In this document: positions 40,278 to 48,640 of the stretch, piece after piece
How the letters are laid out: the number at the start of each line of letters is the position of its first letter
How positions within the stretch are numbered: position 1 is the stretch's first letter
NCBI GenBank assembly: GCA_963729155.1
Contig: CAVSMP010000015.1
Span: forward strand, 93,797-157,796
Source: an uncultured Solirubrobacteraceae bacterium
GTDB lineage: Bacteria > Actinomycetota > Thermoleophilia > Solirubrobacterales > Solirubrobacteraceae
Direction: 5' to 3'
DNA length: 64,000 nt
Translations under genes and position numbers: made by a program
The notes under the pieces: generated by a model
Told to the model about the DNA's origin: nothing
Database searches by the model: none
Seen by the model: only the letters and a program-made list of their open reading frames with translations

Positions 40278-40511
40278 ATGCTGGTACTGACAAGAAAGTC
40301 CAACCAGTCGATCATGATCGGCGACGACATCGAGGTGTCCGTCCTGTCGATCATGGGCGAGAAGGTCCGCATCGGGATCCAGGCCCCGCGGGACATCCCC
40401 GTGTTCCGCAAAGAGGTCTACCTCGAGATCCAGCAGGAGAACGTCGCGGCCGGCGCCTCTGCGCGGGCGGAGGTCGACGACGCCTTGAAGCGGCTCAGCT
40501 CGAAGGGTTGA
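40278..40511 (+). CDS. csrA: carbon storage regulator / translational regulator CsrA
   Basis: [55 protein letters not shown] is a near-textbook CsrA. ATG 40278 is preceded by AAAGGAA. Track ORF 40203..40511 starts too early. Confidence 0.88.
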   Translation: MLVLTRKSNQSIMIGDDIEVSVLSIMGEKVRIGIQAPRDIPVFRKEVYLEIQQENVAAGASARAEVDDALKRLSSKG

Positions 40512-40515
40512 GCCC

Positions 40516-40800
40516 TCAGCCCATCACGTAGTACAGCGTCTGGAACATCGCGATGGTCACGATGACCGCGGTCGCGATGAGCACGAACACGAGCAGCCAG
40601 AACCGGTTGGTGCCCTGCTTCTTCGTGCGGTAGGAGCGCCGGCGCCGGGTCCGTTCCTGAGCCTCGGCCCGGAGACGCTCGCGCCGATGGCGGTCCTCCT
40701 CGATCTCGTCGACGAAGGCCTCTTCGATCTCGGCCAGGCTCTGACGCATACGCATGGGAACGGCCAAGGCTACCACCGGCTTCCGGGGCTGAGCGGTCAC
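40516..40800 (-). CDS. small tail-anchored membrane protein, hypothetical
   Basis: 94 aa with a charged N-terminal part and a single C-terminal TM (FWLLVFVLIATAVIVTIAMF). Directly abuts the thermonuclease stop. Confidence 0.45.
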   Translation of the reverse strand: MTAQPRKPVVALAVPMRMRQSLAEIEEAFVDEIEEDRHRRERLRAEAQERTRRRRSYRTKKQGTNRFWLLVFVLIATAVIVTIAMFQTLYYVMG

Positions 40801-41316
40801 TCAGCCCGCACCCTCGCACTCCGACCATAGTCCGCGTCCGGACATGCGAGCGCGGTTCGCGAGCCGGCGGAACTGGAGCTCGTGCGCGACGTTGGGCGGG
40901 AAGGTGGCGGCGGTCGCGTACCCGCGGCGGACGAGCTCCGCGTTGACGAACAGCCCGTCGCGGGCGCGGTAGACGTAGGCGAGCAGGCGGCCGTAGTGGT
41001 CGCGCTCCTCGATGTCGCGCACCAGCCTCACGCGCTCCCCGGCGACGAGGCGCGCGTTGAACGCGCTCGCGCGCCTCGCGAAGCACTCGACGGGCGAGCC
41101 CGGCTTGACCGACTCCGGGGTGTCGATGCCGATGTAGCGCACGGGCTCCTCGCCGGAGGGCAGGGCGACCCGGATCGTGTCGCCGTCGACGACCCGGACG
41201 ACGCGGACCGGCCCGGATCCCGACGCGGGCTGCCCGGCGGTCGGGGAGCACCCGCAAACGGCGGTGCAGAGCGCCAGGCACAGCGCCGCGATGAGGTGTC
41301 GGAGGGCGCTGCGCAT
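40801..41316 (-). CDS. thermonuclease (SNase) family lipoprotein
   Basis: Lipobox AVCGCS, then VDGDTIRV...VRYIGIDTPE...DHYGRLLAYV...NAELVRRGYA. Confidence 0.8.
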   Translation of the reverse strand: MRSALRHLIAALCLALCTAVCGCSPTAGQPASGSGPVRVVRVVDGDTIRVALPSGEEPVRYIGIDTPESVKPGSPVECFARRASAFNARLVAGERVRLVRDIEERDHYGRLLAYVYRARDGLFVNAELVRRGYATAATFPPNVAHELQFRRLANRARMSGRGLWSECEGAG

Positions 41317-41363
41317 CCGGGTGCGGCGCTCGGGCCGCCGCGCTTCGTACTCTACGCCGCCTC

Positions 41364-42476
41364 ATGGACGCCAAGTTCAGCGGGCCGAGCTACACGCTCG
41401 GCGTCGAGGAGGAGCTGATGATCCTCGACGGCGAGACGTTCGCGCTCGCCAACGAGATCGACACGGTGGTCGCGGCCTTCACGGGCAAGGGCGACGGCGA
41501 GGTCAAGCCGGAGCTGCTGCAGTCCGTGCTCGAGATCGCGACGCCGCCCTCCAAGGACCTCGCCGAGGTCGGCGACCACGTGCGCCGGCTGCGGCGCGAG
41601 GTCTCCGAGGCCGCCGCCGCCAAGGGCCTCGCGATCGGCTCCGCCGGCACGCACCCGACCGCGCTCTGGGAGCACCAGCGCGTCTCCGCCGATCCGCGCT
41701 ATCGCGAGCTGATCGCCGCGCTGAGGTTCATCGCGCGCCAGGAGATCATCTTCGGGCTGCACGTCCACGTCGGCATCGACGACCCCGAGAAGGCGATCCA
41801 CGTGGCCAACGGGATGCGCGTGCACGTGCCGATCCTGCTCGCCCTCAGCGCCAACTCGCCCTACTGGCGCTCCGACGAGACCGGCCTGGCCTCGACCCGC
41901 ATGCCGATCTTCCGCGCGTTCCCCCGCGTCGGCATCCCGCCCCACTACGAGGACTGGGCCGACTACGAGAACCGGATCGGCTTCATGGTCGAGGCCGGAG
42001 TGATGTCCGACGAGACCTACCTGTGGTACGACGTCCGCCCGCACCCGCGGTTCGGCACGGTGGAGGTCCGCGCGATGGACGCGCAGACCCACGTCGAGCA
42101 CACGCTCGCCCTGACCGCCCTGATCCAGGCGATGGTCAAGGAGCTCGCGGAGCACTTCGAGGCGGGCGAGCAGCTCGGCTCCTACCCGTACGAGATGCTC
42201 GACGAGAACAAGTGGCTCGCGGCCCGCCACGGGCTCGAGGGCGAGCTCGTCGACCTCCCCGAGCGGCGGATGGTCCCCGCCAAGGAGCTCGCGCGGCGGC
42301 TCTACGACCGCCTGCGCGAGCACGCCGAGGACCTCGGCGGCGCGGCCGAGCTCGAGGGGGTCGTCGACCTGCTGGAGAAGGGCACCGGCGCGGCCCGCCA
42401 GCGCGTCGTCTACGAGGCGAACCACGACTGGACGGAACTGCTCAAAGAGATCGTCGCCGCGACCTCGCCCGCGTAG
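41364..42476 (+). CDS. carboxylate-amine ligase, YbdK/GCS2 family
   Basis: TLGVEEELMILD...ELLQSVLEIATPP...GLHVHVGIDD...LLALSANSPYW...WYDVRPHPRFGTVEVR. Confidence 0.88.
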   Translation: MDAKFSGPSYTLGVEEELMILDGETFALANEIDTVVAAFTGKGDGEVKPELLQSVLEIATPPSKDLAEVGDHVRRLRREVSEAAAAKGLAIGSAGTHPTALWEHQRVSADPRYRELIAALRFIARQEIIFGLHVHVGIDDPEKAIHVANGMRVHVPILLALSANSPYWRSDETGLASTRMPIFRAFPRVGIPPHYEDWADYENRIGFMVEAGVMSDETYLWYDVRPHPRFGTVEVRAMDAQTHVEHTLALTALIQAMVKELAEHFEAGEQLGSYPYEMLDENKWLAARHGLEGELVDLPERRMVPAKELARRLYDRLREHAEDLGGAAELEGVVDLLEKGTGAARQRVVYEANHDWTELLKEIVAATSPA

Positions 42477-42488
42477 AATCGCTGGAGG

Positions 42489-43244
42489 ATGGCTAGCGGC
42501 CCGGACCTATTCGTCGTGTGCCGCAGCTGCGGGCGTGAGGTGTCGCCGTACATCACCGAATGCCCGTACTGCGGCAACCGGTTGCGCAAGCGCGCGCCGA
42601 AGCTCGAGCGCGGCGGGACGCCGAAGCCGCCGAAGCCGCCGCGCAAGCGCCCGTCGCTGGGGCGGCTGAAGCCGGGGGAGATGCCCGGCATCCGCGGCGA
42701 GCGCCGGCCCTACGTCACGATCACGCTCGTGCTCACGGCGATCGTCGTGACGGTCCTCTTCAACGCGGGCCTGTTCTTCCTCGACGATCTCGCGCTCGGG
42801 GCCGGGGTGACCGACGAGTGGTGGCGGACCGCGACGACGCTGTTCGTCTACAGCCAGAACGGCTACGAGATCGCCGTGCTCGCCGCCGTGTTCCTGTTCG
42901 GCTGGCTGCTCGAGCGCCGGCACGGGTCGCTGGCGCCGCTGCTGGTCTTCTTCATCGGCGGGGCGGGCGGCATGGCGCTGGCGATCCTGGCCGGGGACGC
43001 CACCCGCGCGCAGGGCGCCAACGGCGCCGCGCTGGCGCTGCTGTGCGCGTGGGCGGTGCGCGACCTGCTCGGCCGCCGCCGCGGCGAGGAGGACGACGCG
43101 GACATGCTCGGCGTCCTCGCGATCGCCGTCGTGCTGATCCTGCTGCCGCTCGCCGCCGAGGAGGCGAGCGCCGTGGCAGGGCTCGGCGGCGCCGCGATCG
43201 GCCTGCTGCTGGGCCTGCTGCTCGCGCGGATCCGCGAGCGCTAA
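42489..43244 (+). CDS. rhomboid-fold membrane protein with N-terminal zinc ribbon; catalytic Ser/His apparently absent
   Basis: CRSCG...CPYCG ribbon and six hydrophobic segments. WWRTATTLFVY..FGWLLERRHGS aligns to rhomboid TM2/L1. GANGAA sits where GxSG is expected and AVAGLGG where AHxGG is expected. Confidence 0.65.
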   Translation: MASGPDLFVVCRSCGREVSPYITECPYCGNRLRKRAPKLERGGTPKPPKPPRKRPSLGRLKPGEMPGIRGERRPYVTITLVLTAIVVTVLFNAGLFFLDDLALGAGVTDEWWRTATTLFVYSQNGYEIAVLAAVFLFGWLLERRHGSLAPLLVFFIGGAGGMALAILAGDATRAQGANGAALALLCAWAVRDLLGRRRGEEDDADMLGVLAIAVVLILLPLAAEEASAVAGLGGAAIGLLLGLLLARIRER

Positions 43245-43258
43245 AGCGCGGATCCGGG

Positions 43259-44269
43259 CTAGACGACCTCGATCGAGCCCGGTGCCCCGGCCCGCAGGCG
43301 CCCGACGACCCAGCCGCCGGCCTCCCCGGCGCGCTCGGGCGGGACGGCGGCGAGCAGCCCGCCGGAGGTCATCGCGTCGCAGACGAGCCGCCGCAGCGGC
43401 TCCGCCACGGCGGGAGCGAAGCGCGCGAAGGTCTCCGCGTCGGCGCGGTTGCGGTGCGAGCCGCCCGCGACCGCGCGGTCGTCGCCCAGCAGCTCCGGCA
43501 CGCCCTCGATCGCCGGCACGGCGGCGGCGACGATCTCGGCCGCCAGCCCGCTCGCCTCGGCCAGCTCGTGCAGGTGCCCGAGCAGCCCGAAGCCGGTGAC
43601 GTCGGTCAGCGCGCTCGCGCCCGCGGCGCGCGCCCGTTGGGCGGCCTCGGCGTTGAGCTCGCACATCACCGCGACGGCGCGCTCCACCAGCGCCGCGTCC
43701 GCGAGCCCGCGCTTGACGGCGGTCGCCACCGCGCCCGCGCCGAGCGGCTTGGACAGCACGAGCGCGTCGCAGTCGCGGCCGCCAGAGTTGGTGAGCACGT
43801 CGCGCGGGTGGACGACGCCGGTCACGGCGAGGCCGTACTTGGGCTCGGGGTCGTCGATCGAGTGCCCGCCGACGATCGAGGCGCCCGCCGCGGCCACGGC
43901 GTCGGCGCCGCCGCGCAGGATCTCCCGCAGGACGTCGGGGCCGAGCGTCTCGAGCGGGAACGCGACGAGGTTGAGCGCCGAGACCGGCCGGCCGCCCATC
44001 GCGTAGACGTCCGAGAGCGCGTTGGTGGCGGCGATGCGCCCGAACGCGTACGGGTCGTCGACGATCGGGGTGAAGAAGTCGGCGGTCTGGACGATCGCGA
44101 GCTCGTCGGTGAGCTGGACGACGCCCGCGTCGTCGGCGGTGTCGGCGGCCACGAGCACCCGCGGGTCCGAGGGGCGCGGCAGGCCGGCGACGATCGGCCG
44201 CAGGTCGGCGGCGGACAGCTTGCAGCCGCACCCCGCGCCGTGTGAGAGGGAGGTCAGGGCGGGGGGCAT
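43259..44269 (-). CDS. selD: selenide, water dikinase (Cys-type)
   Basis: LSHGAGCGCKLSAADL...DDAGVV...TADFFTPIVDDPYAFGRIAATNALSDVYAMGG. Confidence 0.9.
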   Translation of the reverse strand: MPPALTSLSHGAGCGCKLSAADLRPIVAGLPRPSDPRVLVAADTADDAGVVQLTDELAIVQTADFFTPIVDDPYAFGRIAATNALSDVYAMGGRPVSALNLVAFPLETLGPDVLREILRGGADAVAAAGASIVGGHSIDDPEPKYGLAVTGVVHPRDVLTNSGGRDCDALVLSKPLGAGAVATAVKRGLADAALVERAVAVMCELNAEAAQRARAAGASALTDVTGFGLLGHLHELAEASGLAAEIVAAAVPAIEGVPELLGDDRAVAGGSHRNRADAETFARFAPAVAEPLRRLVCDAMTSGGLLAAVPPERAGEAGGWVVGRLRAGAPGSIEVV

Positions 44270-44289
44270 GGGAGACCTATGATGCCCCG

Positions 44290-44622
44290 GTGCCGCAGCG
44301 CCGCGAACACACGGAGGCCGAGATCCAGGCCGCCGTGCAGCAGCTCAGCGAGCCGGAGCGCCTCGAGCAGGCCCAGCGCGTCGTCGGCGCCGCCGCGCCC
44401 GCGCTGCAGGGCATCCTCGCGCAGGCGCTGGAGTCGGCCGACTGGTTCGACTCCGCCCACCGCGCGCAGGTGATGGAGGCCACGGCGCACGAGGACCCGA
44501 TGGAGCGCGCGGACGCCGTCCACGGCCTGATCGCGGAGGAGACGCGCGTGGCCATGCTGATCGGCGTGGCCGTCGGGTACGAGCTTTCGTACGTGCTCAA
44601 CGAGAACCGAGGAGAAGCCTGA
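44290..44622 (+). CDS. hypothetical protein
   Basis: Track ORF 44242..44622. GTG 44290 is preferred because it avoids overlapping the selD start. Confidence 0.4.
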   Translation: MPQRREHTEAEIQAAVQQLSEPERLEQAQRVVGAAAPALQGILAQALESADWFDSAHRAQVMEATAHEDPMERADAVHGLIAEETRVAMLIGVAVGYELSYVLNENRGEA

Positions 44623-44627
44623 GAACA

Positions 44628-45317
44628 ATGGCCGTCGACGTCCGCTTCCTGGGTCAGTCCTGCTTCGAGCTCACCGCCGGCCGGACGACCGTGCTCACCG
44701 ACCCCTTCCTGACCGGCAACCCGCTCGCGGCCGCCTCCGCCGACGAGGTGAGCCCCGACGTGATCCTGCTCACGCACGGTCACGCCGACCACCTCGGCGA
44801 CACGGTCGACATCGCCAAGCGCACGGGCGCGACCGTCGTCGCGATCGTCGAGCTGGCCAACGAGATCGGCGGGGCGGGGGTGGAGAACGTCAAGGACCCC
44901 AACTTCGGCGGCACCGTCACCTTCGACTGGGGCTGGGTCAAGCTCGTCCCCGCCTGGCACACCGCCGTCTCGCCGTCGGGCACGGCGCACATGCCGGCGG
45001 GCCTGCTGATCCACATCGGCGACCGGCTCGTCTATCACCTCGGCGACACCTGCCTGTTCTCCGACATGCAGCTGATCGCGCGCCGTGGCGACAAGGTCGA
45101 CCTCGCGCTGGTGCCGATCGGCGGCCACTACACAATGGACCGCCTCGACGCGGTGACCGCGGTCGAGCTCATCGACCCGTCCGAGGTCATCCCCTGCCAC
45201 TACAACACGTTCCCGCCGATCGAGGCCGACGCCGAGGCGTTCAAGTCCGACGTCCAGGACGCTGGATTCTCGCAGGTCGTCGTGCTCGAGCCGGGCGGAA
45301 CCCACACGGTCAAGTGA
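44628..45317 (+). CDS. metal-dependent hydrolase, UPF0173/MBL-fold family
   Basis: FLGQSCFEL...DPFLTGNP...ILLTHGHADHLGD...PIGGHYTMD. Confidence 0.8.
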   Translation: MAVDVRFLGQSCFELTAGRTTVLTDPFLTGNPLAAASADEVSPDVILLTHGHADHLGDTVDIAKRTGATVVAIVELANEIGGAGVENVKDPNFGGTVTFDWGWVKLVPAWHTAVSPSGTAHMPAGLLIHIGDRLVYHLGDTCLFSDMQLIARRGDKVDLALVPIGGHYTMDRLDAVTAVELIDPSEVIPCHYNTFPPIEADAEAFKSDVQDAGFSQVVVLEPGGTHTVK

Positions 45318-45589
45318 CCCACGCGATCGTCCTCATCCAGGCCGACCGATCGGCCATCAAGACCCTCGGGAGCAAGCTGGCCGACGTCGAGGGCGTCGCC
45401 GAGGCGTACTCCGTCACGGGCGAGTGGGACTACGTGGCGATGCTGCGGGTGCGCGACCCGTCCGAGGTGGCCGAGGTCGTCACCCAGCGCTTCGCGGACC
45501 TGCCGGGGATCGAGAAGACGCAGACGCTCGTGGCCTTCGAGGTCTTCTCCCAGCACGACCTCGAGGCGCTGTTCTCGATAGGGACATGA
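45314..45589 (+). CDS. Lrp/AsnC ligand-binding (stand-alone RAM) domain protein
   Basis: 91 aa with AIVLIQAD...VEGVAEAYSVTGEWDYVAMLRV. GTGA overlap with the previous stop. Confidence 0.7.
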   Translation: MTHAIVLIQADRSAIKTLGSKLADVEGVAEAYSVTGEWDYVAMLRVRDPSEVAEVVTQRFADLPGIEKTQTLVAFEVFSQHDLEALFSIGT

Positions 45590-45591
45590 TC

Positions 45592-45640
45592 GGGGGCCCG
45601 GACGGCCCCCGTCCGGTCAGAGCGTCACCCGGATGGTGAC
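45592..45640. terminator. two adjacent short hairpins between convergent genes
   Basis: GGGGGCC-CGGAC-GGCCCCC (45592-45610) and GTCACC-CGGAT-GGTGAC (45624-45640). Confidence 0.35.
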
Positions 45641-45650
45641 GCCGGGACTC

Positions 45651-45860
45651 CTAATCCTGCCAGCCCCGGGCGAACCAGAGCGGGCGGTCCTTCCAGTCGT
45701 GCGCCATCAGCAGGCTGCCGGTGGCGACGGCGATCGCGCCGGCGCCGGCCAGCAGCGCGCCCGTGGCGCCGTGATGACAGCGCTGCCCGCGGATCCAGAG
45801 TCGGCGGAGCTGGCGGTCGTAGTGGAGGGGCTTGCGGATGAGCTCTGGTGACATCGGCAA
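45651..45860 (-). CDS. small hypothetical membrane protein
   Basis: 69 aa with one hydrophobic segment. Weak call. Confidence 0.3.
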   Translation of the reverse strand: MPMSPELIRKPLHYDRQLRRLWIRGQRCHHGATGALLAGAGAIAVATGSLLMAHDWKDRPLWFARGWQD

Positions 45861-45875
45861 CCTCGTGAGACTGAG

Positions 45876-46226
45876 GTGATACCCGTCTTATCGGCATTTC
45901 GTACCCATCGCCACAAGACATTCGTTGGGTCTTTTCTCATCCTCTCGCTGACCGGGTGCATCGGCGGGGGCCCCGGGGCCACCCTTACGGTGGGGGCCGA
46001 GGGCTTCGAGCCGCCCGTCGTCACCGTGGAGGCCGGGAAGTCGTTCGACCTGGAGATCGTCAACGAGACTCGGGCGGTGCAGACCGTCACCGTCGAGGGC
46101 CGCCCGCCGCTGCGCGTGCAGGCGGGCGGGACGGGCACTCGCCAGGTCGACTCGCTGCCGGCCGGTGACCACCGCGTCACGCTCGAAGGCGCCCCGTTCG
46201 AGGCGACCGTGCGGGCCGAGGAGTAG
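45876..46226 (+). CDS. small lipoprotein, possibly cupredoxin-like fold
   Basis: Lipobox LSLTGC, then beta-rich PPVVTVEAGKSFDLEIVNET...GDHRVTLEG. Confidence 0.5.
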   Translation: MIPVLSAFRTHRHKTFVGSFLILSLTGCIGGGPGATLTVGAEGFEPPVVTVEAGKSFDLEIVNETRAVQTVTVEGRPPLRVQAGGTGTRQVDSLPAGDHRVTLEGAPFEATVRAEE

Positions 46227-46235
46227 GGTCGCGTC

Positions 46236-47150
46236 ATGTCGGAGTCCCGCACCGAGCGCATCGACTTCCAGGCCACGAGCGACCCGGGCCTGCTCGCGTC
46301 CGCGGACCGCGGCGAGTCGCACCTGCTCACCTACCCGAAGCTCTACGAGCTGTGGGAGCGCCAGCAGTGGGCGACACAGGACCTGGACTTCTCCCGCGAC
46401 CGCGCGGACTGGCACGAGCGCTTCGACGACGAGGAGCGCTTCCAGCGCATGTACGGCCTGTCGGCGTTCTTCGTCGGCGAGCAGCGCGTCGCCGCCGAGC
46501 TCGGCCCGATGATGCGCGCCGCCCCGGACGAGGACATGCGGCTGTTCCTGTGCACGCAGATCGCCGACGAGGCGCGCCACGTCGCGTTCTTCGACCGCTT
46601 CTACTCCGAGGTCGGCGTGCTCGAGTCCGAGGGGCTGGAGGAGCGCCTGGCCGAGACCTCCGAGCACCTCAACCCCGAGTTCGGCGAGCTGTTCGACGAG
46701 ATGCTCAAGCGGCGCGTCGACCGGCTGGCGGCGGAGCCGGAGGACCTCGAGTGCCTCGTCGAGGCCGTGACGATCTACCACATGGTCATCGAGGGCATGC
46801 TCGCCCTCACCGGCCAGCACTTCATCATGGACTACAACGAGCGGATGGGGACGCTGCCGGGCTTCGTGAAGGGCTTCACACTCGTGGCTCGCGACGAGCA
46901 CCGCCACGTCGCGTTCGGCGCGCGCTTCCTGCGCGACATGGCCCGGCGCGACCCGCGCCACACCGAGGCGATCCAGCGCACGCTGGGCGAGGTCGCCCCG
47001 GTCGCCGACGCGGTGCTGCGCCCGAAGTGGTTCGACGGCACCGACGACGAGCCGATGCTCTTCGGCGTCTCGGTGAACGAGACGCGGGCGTTCGCGCTGC
47101 GGGCGCTCGAGCGCCGCATGAAGGTCATCGGGCTCGTGGCGGCCGCGTGA
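46236..47150 (+). CDS. ferritin-fold ribonucleotide reductase R2-like protein (R2-like ligand-binding oxidase type)
   Basis: Di-metal ligand pattern: FFVGEQ...IADEARHVAFF...MVIEGML...ARDEHRHVAFG. Confidence 0.7.
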   Translation: MSESRTERIDFQATSDPGLLASADRGESHLLTYPKLYELWERQQWATQDLDFSRDRADWHERFDDEERFQRMYGLSAFFVGEQRVAAELGPMMRAAPDEDMRLFLCTQIADEARHVAFFDRFYSEVGVLESEGLEERLAETSEHLNPEFGELFDEMLKRRVDRLAAEPEDLECLVEAVTIYHMVIEGMLALTGQHFIMDYNERMGTLPGFVKGFTLVARDEHRHVAFGARFLRDMARRDPRHTEAIQRTLGEVAPVADAVLRPKWFDGTDDEPMLFGVSVNETRAFALRALERRMKVIGLVAAA

Positions 47151-47482
47151 GCGAGATCGTCTACGACGACTTCGCGAAGGTCGACATGCGGGTCGGGCGC
47201 ATCGTCGCGGTCGAGGACTTCCCCGAAGCGCGCAAACCGGCCTGGAAGCTCACGATCGACTTCGGCGCGGAGATCGGCACCAAGCGCTCCTCCGCGCAGA
47301 TCACCAACTACGGGCGGGAGGAGCTCGAGGGCCGGCGCGTCGTGGCGGTCGTCAACTTCCCGCCGCGCCAGATCGGCCCGATGCGCTCCGAGGTGCTCGT
47401 GCTCGGCGCCTCCGACGAGCAGGGGCGCATCATCCTGCTCGCCCCCGACACAGACGTTCCGCTCGGGGCGCGGATCCACTAG
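47147..47482 (+). CDS. csaA: tRNA-binding OB-fold protein CsaA
   Basis: DFAKVDMRVGRIVAVEDFPEARKPAWKLTIDFGAEIGTKRSSAQITNY...VVNFPPRQIGPMRSEVLVLG. GTGA overlap with the previous stop. Confidence 0.8.
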   Translation: MSEIVYDDFAKVDMRVGRIVAVEDFPEARKPAWKLTIDFGAEIGTKRSSAQITNYGREELEGRRVVAVVNFPPRQIGPMRSEVLVLGASDEQGRIILLAPDTDVPLGARIH

Positions 47483-48367
47483 CGCAGCGGGGTGCCGGAG
47501 AGGCCCCAGCGCCGCGGGCCGTCCGCGGCGGCGAAGGCGGCGGCGCGGAGCATGTTGCCGCGATTGCCGCGGTCGATCGCCGCGCGCAGGCGGCGCTGCT
47601 CGCGCGGCCGCAGGAGCGACGTGCCGTTCTCGACGGGCTCGCCGTACCAGGGCGGCATCACGACCGCGGCGAAGCCGGCGTCGCGGAGCAGCCTGCGCAG
47701 CGGTGCGGGCGAGAACATGACGAGGTGGTTGGGGGTGAACCCGCCCCAGGCCTCGAGCTCGTGCCGGAGCTTCAGCGAGCCCGCGTTGACCGTCAGGAGG
47801 AGCAGCACGCCGTCGGGCGCGAGCAGCGAGCGCAGCATCCGCACGTCCTCGAGCGGGCGCGGCAGGTGCGCGAGCACCGACCACATCGTGATCACGTCGA
47901 AACCGCCCGCGGCGATCTCGGGGATCTCCGCCGGCGACCCGTGGTACGCGTGGGCGCCGCTCGGCTTGCGCCGCGCGGCCTCCACGGCGTCCTCGGCGAG
48001 GTCGACGCCGCAGCACGCGAAGCCGCGCTCGTGGGCGACGTCGAGGAACAGGCCGTTGCCGCAGCCGAAGTCCAGCAGCCGCCTGCCGGCGCCGTCGGCG
48101 AACAGCTCGCCGAACGGCGCCATCGTCGTCTCGTAGCGGCGGCACCCGCTTGCGCGTGTACTTGCCGGCCAGGAACTCGGCGTACCTCCCGGAGCTGTAG
48201 AGGTCGCCGAGCCGCTCGGGCCGGATGCCGGGGTGCCGGTAGAGCAGCCCGCAGGCCGGGCAGCGGACGACGTGGTAGTCCCAGCGCGGCGTCTTGCGCC
48301 GGTGGTCGGAGGCGTGCAGGAGCGGCTGCAGTCGCTCGTGGCCGCACAGCACGCAGCCCACGGGCAC
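47479..48367 (-). pseudogene. class I SAM-dependent methyltransferase with N-terminal Cys4 zinc ribbon; +1 frameshift near 48140-48144 (possibly three more further 5')
   Basis: The zinc-ribbon part (frame of ORF 46832..48613) reads VPVGCVLCGHERL...VVRCPACGLLYRHPG...YTRKRV. The MT core (ORF 47479..48123) reads RLLDFGCGNGLFLDVA...DVITMWSVLAHL. A protein-like chain WHLTLPG / ADRLLELRWARADPPGA / LLTPYEHAALVADPGA may extend the gene to about 48613 through three more +1 shifts. Confidence 0.7.
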
Positions 48368-48640
48368 CTCGATCTCCGCGCCGCGGCGCGCCGGGGTCGG
48401 CGACCAGCGCCGCGTGCTCGTAGGGCGTGAGCAGCGGCGCCCGGCGGATCCGCGCGCGCCCAGCGCAGCTCGAGCAGCCGGTCGGCGCCCGGGCAGCGTC
48501 AGGTGCCAGGCCGAGCGGGGCGGCAGCACCCGGCGGGCGAGCCGCGCCGCGCGGCGTCGGGCGGGGCGCTCGGTTCGCAGCGCGAGCTGGCGCACGAGCG
48601 CATGGTGACGCACGCGGCGCCGGCGTGAGCGCTCGGTGAG

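Noticed and set aside
43259-44269. Possible selenocysteine (in-frame TGA) in selD or its neighbours.
   Set aside because: SelD carries Cys at the active-site position (GAGCGCK). None of the neighbouring genes required read-through of a TGA.
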